From Escherichia phage BYEP02, in the sequence record OR757454.1: a stretch of 64,000 nucleotides of DNA. The stretch is one strand, 5' to 3'. Below are positions 10,531 through 19,465 of the stretch, piece by piece. Both the position numbers and the translations under genes were made by a program. The notes beneath the pieces are model-generated. The model worked only from the letters and a program-made list of their open reading frames with translations, was not told the origin of the DNA and did not search any database. How positions within the stretch are numbered: the first letter of the stretch is position 1; each line of letters starts with the position of its first letter.

Positions 10531-10856
10531 TGACAGACACGCAACTTTTCGAATATCTTTATTTTTCGCCAAAAACTATTAAAAATAAATTGGTGAATCA
10601 TTTTGAAATTTTGGCAAATAACAACGTCTTGAGCGAATTTTATCCTAAGCAATACAAATTACAAAAAGGCGTATTCAAAGGATGCAGAGTTTTGTGCACT
10701 GCTCCTAATGCAAGATTAATGAATAAAATTCCATATTTTACCATGGAATTTATTGATGGGCCTTTTAAAGGACTAATTACCCAAAGTTTAATGGCATATG
10801 ATTCTGAGCCATTTTTAATTAAAGAGCAATCTTGGATAAATTTATTTTCTAATTGA
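10527..10856 (+). CDS. hypothetical protein (109 aa)
   Basis: ATGATG start overlapping upstream stop. Confidence 0.5.
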   Translation: MMTDTQLFEYLYFSPKTIKNKLVNHFEILANNNVLSEFYPKQYKLQKGVFKGCRVLCTAPNARLMNKIPYFTMEFIDGPFKGLITQSLMAYDSEPFLIKEQSWINLFSN

Positions 10857-10864
10857 GAGGTTAT

Positions 10865-11227
10865 ATGAAAGCATATCAAATTCTTGAAGGCACGCATAAA
10901 GGTACTATTTATTTTGAAGACGGTATTCAAGCACGAATTATTGTCTCTAAAACCTTTAAAGAGGACTCTTTTGTAGACCCAGAAATTTTCTACGGTTTGC
11001 ATGCCCGTGAAATTGAAATTGAAACACAACCTACAGTTAAAATTGAAGGTGGTCAACACTTGAACGTTAATGTTCTGCGTCGTGAAACTCTGGAAGATGC
11101 AGTTAAGCATCCGGAAAAATATCCGCAGCTGACCATCCGTGTATCCGGTTATGCAGTTCGCTTTAACTCTCTGACTCCGGAACAGCAGCGCGACGTTATC
11201 GCTCGTACCTTTACTGAGAGTTTGTAA
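10865..11227 (+). CDS. autonomous glycyl-radical cofactor (GrcA/YfiD-like)
   Basis: C-terminal half ...[57 protein letters not shown] carries the RVSGYAV glycine-radical motif. Confidence 0.8.
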   Translation: MKAYQILEGTHKGTIYFEDGIQARIIVSKTFKEDSFVDPEIFYGLHAREIEIETQPTVKIEGGQHLNVNVLRRETLEDAVKHPEKYPQLTIRVSGYAVRFNSLTPEQQRDVIARTFTESL

Positions 11228-11525
11228 TGGCAAAGATAATTATTGAAGGTTCTGAAGATGTGCTAAATGCTTTCGCCGAATGGTTTAGTAATTCAGGCGA
11301 ACAGCAATTTAATGAAGCGTGGAAGGTTCTAAAGATGTGCTAAATGCTTTCGCCGAATGGTTTAGTAATTCAGGCGAACAGCAATTTAACGAAGCATGGA
11401 ACATGGGTGATATTAATGGAATTTATCCTACTACAGAAATTTCTGTTCAAGGATATGGCATTCATGAACCTATTCGTTTAGTTGAATACGATTTATGTAC
11501 TGGTGAGGAAGTCAAATATGATTGA
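11227..11525 (+). CDS. hypothetical small protein, frameshifted by a 77-bp duplication
   Basis: ATG 11227 overlapping upstream stop; 74 codons after removing 77 nt. Confidence 0.45.
11245..11398. repeat. 77-bp tandem duplication (11245-11321 / 11322-11398), 3 mismatches
   Basis: Read directly. Confidence 0.9.
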
Positions 11526-11784
11526 AGATATTAAAGGTTATAAGCCACATACCGACGAAAAAATCGGTAAAGTAAATGCTATTAAAGACGCTGAAGTTCG
11601 TTTAGGACTTATCTTTGATGCTTTATACGATGAATTTTGGGAAGCACTAGATAATTGTGAAGACTGTGAATTCGCGAAGAATTATGCTGAAAGCCTCGAT
11701 CAGTTAACCATTGCTAAAACGAAACTCAAAGAAGCCAGTATGTGGGCTTGTCGTGCTGTGTTCCAACCAGAGGAAAAATATTAA
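11518..11784 (+). CDS. hypothetical protein (88 aa)
   Basis: ATG with GAGGAAG RBS. Confidence 0.45.
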   Translation: MIEDIKGYKPHTDEKIGKVNAIKDAEVRLGLIFDALYDEFWEALDNCEDCEFAKNYAESLDQLTIAKTKLKEASMWACRAVFQPEEKY

Positions 11785-12062
11785 TGGCTCAATTAAGCGC
11801 AGGGTTTGGTTATGAGTATTATACTGCCCCTCGTCGTGTATCTGTTGCTCCTAAGAAAATTCAAAGTCTTGATGACTTCCAGGAAGTAGTCCGTAAAGCT
11901 TTCCAGGACTATGCACGTTATCTTAAAGAAGATTCACAGGACTGTCTCGAAGAAGATGAAATTGCTTACTATGAGCAACGTCTTGAACAGCTCAAAAACC
12001 TACATGAGGTTCGTGCAGAAGTTTCAAAGTCTATGAATAAATTGATTAGATTTAAAGAATAA
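11785..12062 (+). CDS. hypothetical protein (92 aa)
   Basis: ATG directly after upstream stop. Confidence 0.45.
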
Positions 12063-12064
12063 CT

Positions 12065-12094
12065 GTTTACTTTTCCTCTTGACTGTGGTATAAT
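12065..12094 (+). promoter_or_regulatory. T4 early-type promoter (GTTTAC, 18 nt, TATAAT)
   Basis: Upstream of regB. Confidence 0.55.
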
Positions 12095-12121
12095 TTTTCT
12101 ATCAGTTAAGAGGAGAATAAC

Positions 12122-12583
12122 ATGACTATCAATACAGAAGTTTTTATCCGTCGAAATAAGCTCCGTCGTCACTTTGAGTCGGAGTTTCGTCAAATTAACA
12201 ATGAGATTCGTGAGGCATCAAAAGCAGCAGGGGTCTCATCGTTTCATCTAAAATATTCTCAACATCTTCTTGATCGTGCAATTCAACGGGAGATTGATGA
12301 GACATACGTTTTTGAATTATTCCATAAAATAAAAGACCATGTTTTAGAAGTTAATGAATTCCTGAGTATGCCTCCGCGTCCTGACATTGACGAGGATTTT
12401 ATTGATGGGGTTGAATATCGTCCTGGACGTTTAGAAATCACAGATGGAAATCTTTGGCTTGGATTTACAGTTTGTAAACCTAACGCGAAGTTCAAAGACC
12501 CGTCACTTCAGTGTAGGATGGCAATTATCAACAGTCGTCGTTTACCGGGAAAGGCTTCTAAAGCAGTAATTAAAACTCAATGA
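12122..12583 (+). CDS. regB: RegB sequence-specific endoribonuclease
   Basis: Translation MTINTEVFIRRNKLRRHFESEFRQ... matches T4 RegB as recalled; 153 aa. Confidence 0.85.
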   Translation: MTINTEVFIRRNKLRRHFESEFRQINNEIREASKAAGVSSFHLKYSQHLLDRAIQREIDETYVFELFHKIKDHVLEVNEFLSMPPRPDIDEDFIDGVEYRPGRLEITDGNLWLGFTVCKPNAKFKDPSLQCRMAIINSRRLPGKASKAVIKTQ

Positions 12584-12590
12584 GGTAAGC

Positions 12591-13136
12591 ATGAGAAAAG
12601 CACTACTCGCTGGTCTATTGGCCATTTCAATGATGGCACATAGCTCCGAGCATACTTTCAGTAATGTCCAACTCGATAACATGCGTTACGCGTATCAATT
12701 CGGGGAACAATTTTCTAAGGATGGAAAATATAAAACACACAAAAATATCCACAAGAGCGGATTGGGTCATATAATGGCTGCTATTTTATGGCAAGAAAGC
12801 TCTGCCGGAGTTAATTTAAAATCTAAACCAAAGCATCATGCCTATGGAATGTTCCAAAATTATTTGCCGACTATGCGAGCAAGAGTTAAGGAACTTGGTT
12901 ATAATATGACCGATGCTGAAATAAAAAGAATGTTGAATAAACGGTCCAATTCAGCTTCATGGGCGTACATTGAACTTTCTTATTGGTTAAATATACATAA
13001 GGGCGATATAAGAAAGGCAATATCCTCTTATAATTCGGGATGGAATGTTAAAGCAGGTTCTAAATATGCTTCTGAAGTCCTAGAAAAGGCTAATTACCTT
13101 AAAAATAATAAACTTTTGGAAATAGTAAATGACTAA
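12591..13136 (+). CDS. secreted protein, possibly lytic-transglycosylase-like
   Basis: Signal peptide MRKALLAGLLAISMMAHS; WQESS motif resembling a transglycosylase catalytic Glu-Ser. Confidence 0.5.
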   Translation: MRKALLAGLLAISMMAHSSEHTFSNVQLDNMRYAYQFGEQFSKDGKYKTHKNIHKSGLGHIMAAILWQESSAGVNLKSKPKHHAYGMFQNYLPTMRARVKELGYNMTDAEIKRMLNKRSNSASWAYIELSYWLNIHKGDIRKAISSYNSGWNVKAGSKYASEVLEKANYLKNNKLLEIVND

Positions 13137-13470
13137 AATTTTGGTTTTATGTATAGGATTAATTTCATTTTCTGCGTTAGCAAATACATCATACACTGAA
13201 ATTAGAGAGTATGTAAACCGTACTGCCGCGGATTATTGTGGGAAAAATAAAGCATGCCAAGCTGAATTTGCGCAGAAATTAATATATGCATATAAAGACG
13301 GAGAAAGAGATAAATCAAGTAGATACAAAAATGATACTTTATTAAAACGATATGCTAAAAAGTGGAATACCTTAGAATGTTCAGTTGCGGAGGAGAAAGA
13401 TAAAGCCGCTTGTCATTCAATGGTTGACCGTTTGGTAGATTCTTATAATCGAGGATTGAGTACTAGATGA
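13129..13470 (+). CDS. secreted/periplasmic protein (113 aa)
   Basis: Signal peptide MTKILVLCIGLISFSALA; four Cys. Confidence 0.5.
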   Translation: MTKILVLCIGLISFSALANTSYTEIREYVNRTAADYCGKNKACQAEFAQKLIYAYKDGERDKSSRYKNDTLLKRYAKKWNTLECSVAEEKDKAACHSMVDRLVDSYNRGLSTR

Positions 13471-13581
13471 TTGTAAAATATATCAAGGGCGATATTGTCG
13501 CCCTCCGTTTGGTAGATTCTTATAATCGAGGATTGAGTACTAGATGATTGTAAAATATATCAAGGGCGATATTGTCGCCCT
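13428..13581. repeat. 77-bp tandem duplication (13428-13504 / 13505-13581), identical; spans a gene junction, both genes intact
   Basis: Read directly. Confidence 0.9.
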
Positions 13582-14011
13582 TTTCGCTGAAGGTAAAAAT
13601 ATTGCGCATGGATGTAATTGTTTTCACACGATGAAAGCTGGAGTCGCAGGTCAATTAACTAAAGCTTTCCCTAAAATTTTGGAAGCTGATAAATTACAGA
13701 CAGAATGGGGCGATGTAACTAAACTCGGTTCTTACTCAGTCTATGAAAAATACTTTAGGACTCATAAAGCTTACTGCTTCAATCTTTATACTCAATTTCA
13801 ACCGGGGCCAAATTTTGAGTATTCCGCTTTAATGAATTGTATGTTAGAATTAAATGAGTTTGGTGAAAATAAACTGATTAAACCTACAATCTATATGCCT
13901 AGGATTGGTGCAGGCATAGGTAAAGGGAACTGGGATATTATTGAGGGGATTTTAGATACATATTCCTCTAAATTAGAAATTGTGATTGTTGATTGGGAAC
14001 CGTTATTATGA
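13544..14011 (+). CDS. macro-domain-like protein (ADP-ribose binding/processing fold)
   Basis: N-terminal KGDIVAL...AHGCNC...MKAGVAGQL follows the macro-domain pattern; C-terminal PRIGAGIGKGNW. Confidence 0.5.
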   Translation: MIVKYIKGDIVALFAEGKNIAHGCNCFHTMKAGVAGQLTKAFPKILEADKLQTEWGDVTKLGSYSVYEKYFRTHKAYCFNLYTQFQPGPNFEYSALMNCMLELNEFGENKLIKPTIYMPRIGAGIGKGNWDIIEGILDTYSSKLEIVIVDWEPLL

Positions 14012-14220
14012 ATATACATTATCCACATCCGTATGACCCAAAGAATAAGGCAGTAATTATTCGTCAATGGGAACGCATTTGCCGTACTAAATGTCCAATT
14101 AATAGTCCACATGATGTAGATAAAGACTACATTGGAACATTCGTTGAATATACCTTTATTGATAAGAAAGGTCGTAAACAACATGTAGAAGAATATTGCT
14201 TAAAGGTTACATGGTTATGA
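14008..14220 (+). CDS. hypothetical protein (70 aa)
   Basis: ATGA overlap with upstream stop. Confidence 0.45.
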   Translation: MNIHYPHPYDPKNKAVIIRQWERICRTKCPINSPHDVDKDYIGTFVEYTFIDKKGRKQHVEEYCLKVTWL

Positions 14221-14423
14221 GCCAAACTAGTATTCTTAAAAATGCCCACTGCGAAAAGTGTAAGTGGCCGGTTGTTTTTGCTTTATGCAACGATGAAATG
14301 ACTTGTGATTTCGATTATTGGTGCTATTGTTCTAATAAAGGATGCATCAATCATAAAGGTGAAGGATTTTATTCAGGATTTTATCCTTATCCTGATTTCG
14401 TTAAAGAAGGTAAACCAAAATGA
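14217..14423 (+). CDS. Cys-rich small protein (CxxC ... CxC ... C)
   Basis: CEKCKW...CNDEMTCDFDYWCYCSNKGC. Confidence 0.45.
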   Translation: MSQTSILKNAHCEKCKWPVVFALCNDEMTCDFDYWCYCSNKGCINHKGEGFYSGFYPYPDFVKEGKPK

Positions 14424-14596
14424 ATGATGATTTAAAATATCAATTATTACGTGAACTTGATGTTTTGATTAAACTTTCTGCGCAAAAAGGATTTATAATT
14501 GGATCAGGTCAAAAAGACCCCAACGGTCATTCAATCGTAGCAGTTATGAATCAGAAACGAGTCATTTTAAAACTTTTGGGGATTGACATACTGTGA
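14420..14596 (+). CDS. hypothetical protein (58 aa)
   Basis: ATGA overlap; not in supplied ORF track (below its length cutoff). Confidence 0.4.
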   Translation: MNDDLKYQLLRELDVLIKLSAQKGFIIGSGQKDPNGHSIVAVMNQKRVILKLLGIDIL

Positions 14597-14778
14597 GCCT
14601 AAGCAAAGAACAAAAAGATAAATTGTTTGAGCTTATCCATGAACTTCTAGATGAGCATACAGAAGCAAACACCTTTTATGATGAATACGGCCCGCTATCT
14701 CCTGAACAGCAGGAAGAATTTGCTGATCGGTTTGATAAGAAAGAAAATGAATTAATAGCTTATGTGAATACGCTTTAA
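14593..14778 (+). CDS. hypothetical acidic protein (61 aa), GTG start
   Basis: GTGA overlap with upstream stop. Confidence 0.45.
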   Translation: MSLSKEQKDKLFELIHELLDEHTEANTFYDEYGPLSPEQQEEFADRFDKKENELIAYVNTL

Positions 14779-14787
14779 GAAGGTGAT

Positions 14788-15369
14788 ATGGCGAGTTTAA
14801 TTTTTACTTATGCAGCAATGAATGCTGGAAAATCTGCTTCTCTTTTGACTGCTGCGCATAATTATAAAGAACGCGGAATGAGTGTATTAGTTCTTAAGCC
14901 TGCTATTGATACTCGCGATTCTGTCTGTGAAGTCGTTTCTCGCATTGGAATTAAGCAGGAAGCGAATATTATTACGGATGATATGGATATTTTTGAGTTC
15001 TATAAATGGGCTGAAGCACAAAAAGATATTCATTGCGTATTTGTAGATGAAGCTCAGTTTTTAAAAACTGAACAGGTGCATCAATTAAGCCGAATTGTTG
15101 ATACATATAATGTTCCTGTTATGGCTTATGGGCTAAGGACTGATTTCGCTGGAAAATTATTTGAAGGTTCTAAAGAACTTTTGGCGATTGCAGATAAACT
15201 TATTGAACTAAAAGCAGTTTGTCATTGTGGTAAAAAAGCTATTATGACAGCTCGATTAATGGAAGATGGAACACCAGTTAAAGAAGGTAATCAAATCTGT
15301 ATTGGTGATGAAATTTATGTTTCTTTGTGTAGAAAACATTGGAATGAATTAACTAAAAAGCTCGGTTAG
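14788..15369 (+). CDS. tk: thymidine kinase
   Basis: Translation MASLIFTYAAMNAGKSASLL... with P-loop; matches T4 Tk. Confidence 0.95.
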   Translation: MASLIFTYAAMNAGKSASLLTAAHNYKERGMSVLVLKPAIDTRDSVCEVVSRIGIKQEANIITDDMDIFEFYKWAEAQKDIHCVFVDEAQFLKTEQVHQLSRIVDTYNVPVMAYGLRTDFAGKLFEGSKELLAIADKLIELKAVCHCGKKAIMTARLMEDGTPVKEGNQICIGDEIYVSLCRKHWNELTKKLG

Positions 15370-15378
15370 TGCAAAAGT

Positions 15379-15386
15379 TATAAATA
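15379..15386 (+). promoter_or_regulatory. T4 late promoter TATAAATA
   Basis: Exact TATAAATA ~26 nt upstream of ATG 15412. Confidence 0.5.
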
Positions 15387-15411
15387 GGTTTATCTAACTA
15401 AAGGGGTATAT

Positions 15412-15624
15412 ATGCTACAATTAACTGAAAAGCAACTTCGCAATCTTACTGTTCTTCAATTAGATGAAATTCGTAGGGAAGTTGGAAATATCATTTCAGC
15501 TTTGCGTCGAGAAGTATCACTCAACCAATCTCCGGCAGACTATACTAGATTGCGAAATTTTGAAAAATACCTTGATAGAGTTAAGGCCGTGCATCGGCAT
15601 AAAGTAAATACAGGACAAAAATGA
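15412..15624 (+). CDS. hypothetical protein (70 aa)
   Basis: ORF with GGGG RBS. Confidence 0.5.
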   Translation: MLQLTEKQLRNLTVLQLDEIRREVGNIISALRREVSLNQSPADYTRLRNFEKYLDRVKAVHRHKVNTGQK

Positions 15625-15636
15625 TAGGAGGCCTTT

Positions 15637-15930
15637 ATGGCCTTAAAAGCAACGGCACTATTTGCCATGCTAGGATTGTCATTTGTTTTATCTCCATCGA
15701 TTGAAGCGAATGTCGATCCTCATTTTGATAAATTTATGGAATCTGGTATTAGGCACGTTTATATGCTTTTTGAAAATAAAAGCGTAGAATCGTCTGAACA
15801 ATTCTATAGTTTTATGAGAACGACCTATAAAAATGACCCGTGCTCTTCTGATTTTGAATGCATAGAACGAGGCGCGGAGATGGCACAATCATACGCTAGA
15901 ATTATGAACATTAAATTGGAGACTGAATGA
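15637..15930 (+). CDS. rI: RI lysis-inhibition regulator (antiholin)
   Basis: Translation MALKATALFAMLGLSFVLSPSIEANVDPHFDKF... matches T4 RI; signal-anchor N-terminus. Confidence 0.9.
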   Translation: MALKATALFAMLGLSFVLSPSIEANVDPHFDKFMESGIRHVYMLFENKSVESSEQFYSFMRTTYKNDPCSSDFECIERGAEMAQSYARIMNIKLETE

Positions 15931-16390
15931 AATTCAGCGACTTTTCACAAAGTGGAAAACCTTCAAAGGCAGATGAATACTTAGGTTTATTAATGGCTGC
16001 ACAAGCTTATTTTCATTCTGCTCACAAAGTGGAAAACCTTCAAAGGCAGATGAATACTTAGGTTTATTAATGGCTGCACAAGCTTATTTTCATTCTGCAC
16101 ATTTTGAAACTAAAAGTTATGCTAGACACAAAGCATACGATTTTATTTTCTCCGAGTTGCCAGATTTGATTGATAAATTTGGTGAGCAATATTTGGGGTA
16201 TTCTGGTAGAAAATACACACCTTCAATTCCAGATGCTAGTAAACTTCCTACCGACACAATTAAAATGATTGATCGCATACTAGACCAATCTAACAGCATT
16301 TATAAAGAAATGCCTCCAGCCATCCAAAGCACGATAGATGATATTACTGGAATGTTTTACCAGAGTAAGTATCTTCTTTCCCTCGAATAA
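15927..16390 (+). CDS. hypothetical protein, frameshifted by a 77-bp duplication
   Basis: ATGA overlap with rI stop; 129 codons after removing 77 nt. Confidence 0.5.
15946..16099. repeat. 77-bp tandem duplication (15946-16022 / 16023-16099), 0-1 mismatch
   Basis: Read directly. Confidence 0.9.
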
Positions 16391-16395
16391 CGTTA

Positions 16396-16417
16396 GTCTC
16401 CTTCGGGAGACTTTTTT
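16396..16417 (+). terminator. intrinsic terminator, UUCG tetraloop hairpin
   Basis: gtctccttcgggagac followed by tttttt. Confidence 0.7.
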
Positions 16418-16427
16418 CATTTTACCG

Positions 16428-16457
16428 GTTTACTTTCCATTTGAGCTGTGATACTAT
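16428..16457 (+). promoter_or_regulatory. T4 early-type promoter (GTTTAC, 18 nt, TACTAT)
   Basis: Consensus motifs. Confidence 0.55.
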
Positions 16458-16485
16458 ACAACCATCGGATAAAGAGGAGAACATC

Positions 16486-16674
16486 ATGAAAATTGAAGCA
16501 CTCAATCAAGAAGGAAATATCTACGTCATCATTAATGGTGATTTTTTCGTCGACATGGATGAAGTTACTAGTGAAGAACTTGTAGAACTTCTTAAGAAAC
16601 GTTATAATATGTGTGATGAAGTTGCAACTCACATGGCGTGTGCAATATTCTCTCTTTCATATGTGGTGGAATAA
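16486..16674 (+). CDS. hypothetical small protein
   Basis: ATG with GAGGAG RBS. Confidence 0.45.
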
Positions 16675-16877
16675 TGATTAGTATCGAACAAGCTGATAAA
16701 ATTAAGGAATTGGTAGCTTTAATTCGTAAAGCAGACGAGGAGCGCATTAACTTTGCTTGGTATTCATCGGGTATTTCGAATAAAGGCATTAAAGACTTTG
16801 AAACTAAAGTGGATAATGCTTTAGAAGCGTTAGATATGTTTCTTGATGAAATTATCGATCATAATACGAGAGTTTAA
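16674..16877 (+). CDS. small protein, member of a 4-gene local paralogue set
   Basis: N-terminus [23 protein letters not shown] resembles those of the ORFs at 16880, 17064 and 17402. Confidence 0.45.
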   Translation: MISIEQADKIKELVALIRKADEERINFAWYSSGISNKGIKDFETKVDNALEALDMFLDEIIDHNTRV

Positions 16878-16879
16878 GT

Positions 16880-17074
16880 ATGCTAACACGCGAACAGTTT
16901 GAAAAAATCATTAAATTAGCACGTGATATTGAAATAGATTCATATCAATTAGCAGTTGAGCATTGTGAAGGATATTCATACGACGGTATAGAAGCAGCTA
17001 AAAAGGATTTGGATAAATCTAAAGCTAAGTTAGTTCAATATCTTGAAATGATTAGGTGGAATAATGAAAACTGA
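16880..17074 (+). CDS. small protein, paralogue set member
   Basis: MLTREQFEKIIKLARDIEIDSYQLA. Confidence 0.45.
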   Translation: MLTREQFEKIIKLARDIEIDSYQLAVEHCEGYSYDGIEAAKKDLDKSKAKLVQYLEMIRWNNEN

Positions 17075-17237
17075 AAAGCAGATGTTTTTAATGAAACTAA
17101 TTGAAGAATATGCTAATGCAGTTTCTGACTATGAGTATTCTGCTCGGGAAAGAGGTACAGCTTTCGCAAAAGAAGAAATGAAAATCATGGTTGATGCTCA
17201 CACAAAGCTTCAGAATTTTATTGAAAACGTCATTTAA
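17064..17237 (+). CDS. small protein, paralogue set member
   Basis: MKTEKQMFLMKLIEEYANAVSDYEYS; not in supplied ORF track. Confidence 0.4.
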   Translation: MKTEKQMFLMKLIEEYANAVSDYEYSARERGTAFAKEEMKIMVDAHTKLQNFIENVI

Positions 17238-17239
17238 TG

Positions 17240-17269
17240 GTTTACAAGTTGGCAAGGTTATGGTATAGT
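17240..17269 (+). promoter_or_regulatory. T4 early-type promoter (GTTTAC, 18 nt, TATAGT)
   Basis: Consensus motifs. Confidence 0.5.
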
Positions 17270-17401
17270 AATCTTGTCAACTGCCAAGGAGAAGAGAATG
17301 AAAGTTTTGTTTGTTGTGTATGTGATGATTCAATATAATTACCCAATGTTTACTTATAATCTGGTGAACAACATTATTGATATTATTCAAAGGAGTATGT
17401 A

Positions 17402-17587
17402 ATGACAAGTGAGCAGGCTTTTAAATTAAGAGAATTAATTGAGACGTATAGTAAAGCTGTTCATACATCAACAATTATTGATGAATCAGCTTTCTCCGGA
17501 CATGCTAACAAGATTAAATACAAAACTCTTATGGAAGAAGCTAAAGTAAATCTTGATTCTTATATTGAAACTTTAATTGGTGAATAA
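17402..17587 (+). CDS. small protein, paralogue set member
   Basis: MTSEQAFKLRELIETYSKAVHTS. Confidence 0.45.
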   Translation: MTSEQAFKLRELIETYSKAVHTSTIIDESAFSGHANKIKYKTLMEEAKVNLDSYIETLIGE

Positions 17588-17588
17588 T

Positions 17589-17855
17589 ATGAGTTTTCCT
17601 AAATTAGAAGTAGGTGACTTAGTTTTAACAAAATTATGGAATGGTGTTCAATCAGTAGAAATCTGCCAATATCGTGGAGCAACAGGTAATTTGATGTACA
17701 CGATTTATAATCCAGAAATTTTGTTAGAGTGTCATTTGGAACGCTTTATAAAAGACACCGATAGTATGCCTTATAGTGTATCAATTGTACGTAAATCTGA
17801 TACAAAGGAATACTCTAAAATTTTAGAACAAATCAGCGCAAATAAAAAGGATTAA
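17589..17855 (+). CDS. hypothetical protein (88 aa)
   Basis: ATG after upstream stop. Confidence 0.45.
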   Translation: MSFPKLEVGDLVLTKLWNGVQSVEICQYRGATGNLMYTIYNPEILLECHLERFIKDTDSMPYSVSIVRKSDTKEYSKILEQISANKKD

Positions 17856-17856
17856 T

Positions 17857-18467
17857 ATGAAACGATTAGTATTAGAAGTTAGTTCATTTTTTGGTGAATT
17901 GGCTATAGAAAAAGTAAATAATATGTATCGTTTGACGCAAGAAGACGATATGCTATATTTTACGCCTAGCGAAATTATTCATTTAACCCAAATTGAAAAA
18001 CCTTACACTGATAAAATTGTAAGCATTAATGATGAGCATAAAATTCATTTCTATTCTTTATGCCCAGGATTTAACATTGAAAGCGAGTCAATATGCTTAT
18101 CAGTTATCCATTGGGATAGTTTTATAGCTAAGATTAAATATTTTTATTATTCTAATGAAAGAAAACATAGTTTAAAATGGCTCAAAAATTGCAATGCTAT
18201 TATTACTAACGCTTGCAATCAGAATGATGAAACTGTTTTAAACATAGTTTAAAATGGCTCAAAAATTGCAATGCTATTATTACTAACGCTTGCAATCAGA
18301 ATGATGAAACTGTTTTAAATGTATCAAAATGTTATGAAGATGGAGATGTCTTAACTATTCGTCAAATTGATGATTTTCGAGCGCATATTGTCACATTTAC
18401 CAAAGACGAAGCTATTGCGTTAAAGACTTATCTTGATTCTGTCATTCCAACTATGATTTCAAAGTGA
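17857..18467 (+). CDS. hypothetical protein, frameshifted by a 77-bp duplication
   Basis: 178 codons after removing 77 nt. Confidence 0.5.
18164..18317. repeat. 77-bp tandem duplication (18164-18240 / 18241-18317), identical
   Basis: Read directly. Confidence 0.9.
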
Positions 18468-18473
18468 GGAAAT

Positions 18474-18995
18474 ATGTTTATTTCAAGTGGAAGCGGTTTA
18501 ATTCGTGTTGAATTTAAAAATGACATCTTTCTTAGTCAAGGAGATGATATTATTAAAATGAGTTATGACGAAATCAAGAAAATTTGTCATGCTCTTGAAA
18601 GTCATGGAAAGGAAAATGCTACTATCGATATAGGTGATTTATGGGTGACACTTTATGAAGTATCCGAAGGATTTAACATTGAAGATGAAAACAACATTTT
18701 AGCTATTGATAAAAGAAGTGATTTGTTTGATGTATTAAAAGTTTATGAACAGTCAAATGGTGGAAGAAAAGCTGTATTGATTTATCAAAAACCACATTCG
18801 TGTGGAACTGCTTCAATCATTTCAAATATTGAAGATGAAACTGATACTTATATGTGTGTTTTAAAAGCCGGTGGTGACCGTCATCCGGATTTTATTTCTA
18901 TTCGTCAAAACAATGGAGAAATTTCATTATCAAAATCAGAAGCTGAAGCTATGATTAAGTATTTAACAACCGTTACGCCTTCAATGAAAGGATGA
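18474..18995 (+). CDS. hypothetical protein (173 aa)
   Basis: ATG with GAGGAAA RBS. Confidence 0.5.
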   Translation: MFISSGSGLIRVEFKNDIFLSQGDDIIKMSYDEIKKICHALESHGKENATIDIGDLWVTLYEVSEGFNIEDENNILAIDKRSDLFDVLKVYEQSNGGRKAVLIYQKPHSCGTASIISNIEDETDTYMCVLKAGGDRHPDFISIRQNNGEISLSKSEAEAMIKYLTTVTPSMKG

Positions 18996-19465
18996 TTATA
19001 ATTATGATTATTAATGAAAACTCTTGGCACTATAAATTATTCAAATTGTTTAACGATGAATGGCAACGACCTAAGACACTGTGCGCGTATTTTTGGTCTA
19101 TTGTTATTCCTACATTTTTCGTTTCTTTTTTCGGATGTACTATACTCGTAGGTCTAACTATTATCTGCGCAGAAATCATGCAGAAATGGCTTATTTTTGG
19201 TAGTTTATGGACTCTTATTCCATCAGCATTTATACTTGCCATTTTGCTTGTTTTACTTATTATCGGTTCATTTGTTATTCCTGCACAACTGCGTGAAAAA
19301 TATAAAGATTATAAATGGAAAAAGGATTATGCTTTACACGTAGAAAATATTGATAGGGCGTATAAAGGTTTACCTCCTATTCAACCTAAGAAATCGATTA
19401 TCGTCGAATTTTTAAAAGCTCGTAAAGCTAAAGTATGTCCTGTTATTGAATATAAGGCTGAATGA
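18992..19465 (+). CDS. membrane protein (157 aa)
   Basis: Multiple hydrophobic segments. Confidence 0.5.
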   Translation: MIIIMIINENSWHYKLFKLFNDEWQRPKTLCAYFWSIVIPTFFVSFFGCTILVGLTIICAEIMQKWLIFGSLWTLIPSAFILAILLVLLIIGSFVIPAQLREKYKDYKWKKDYALHVENIDRAYKGLPPIQPKKSIIVEFLKARKAKVCPVIEYKAE

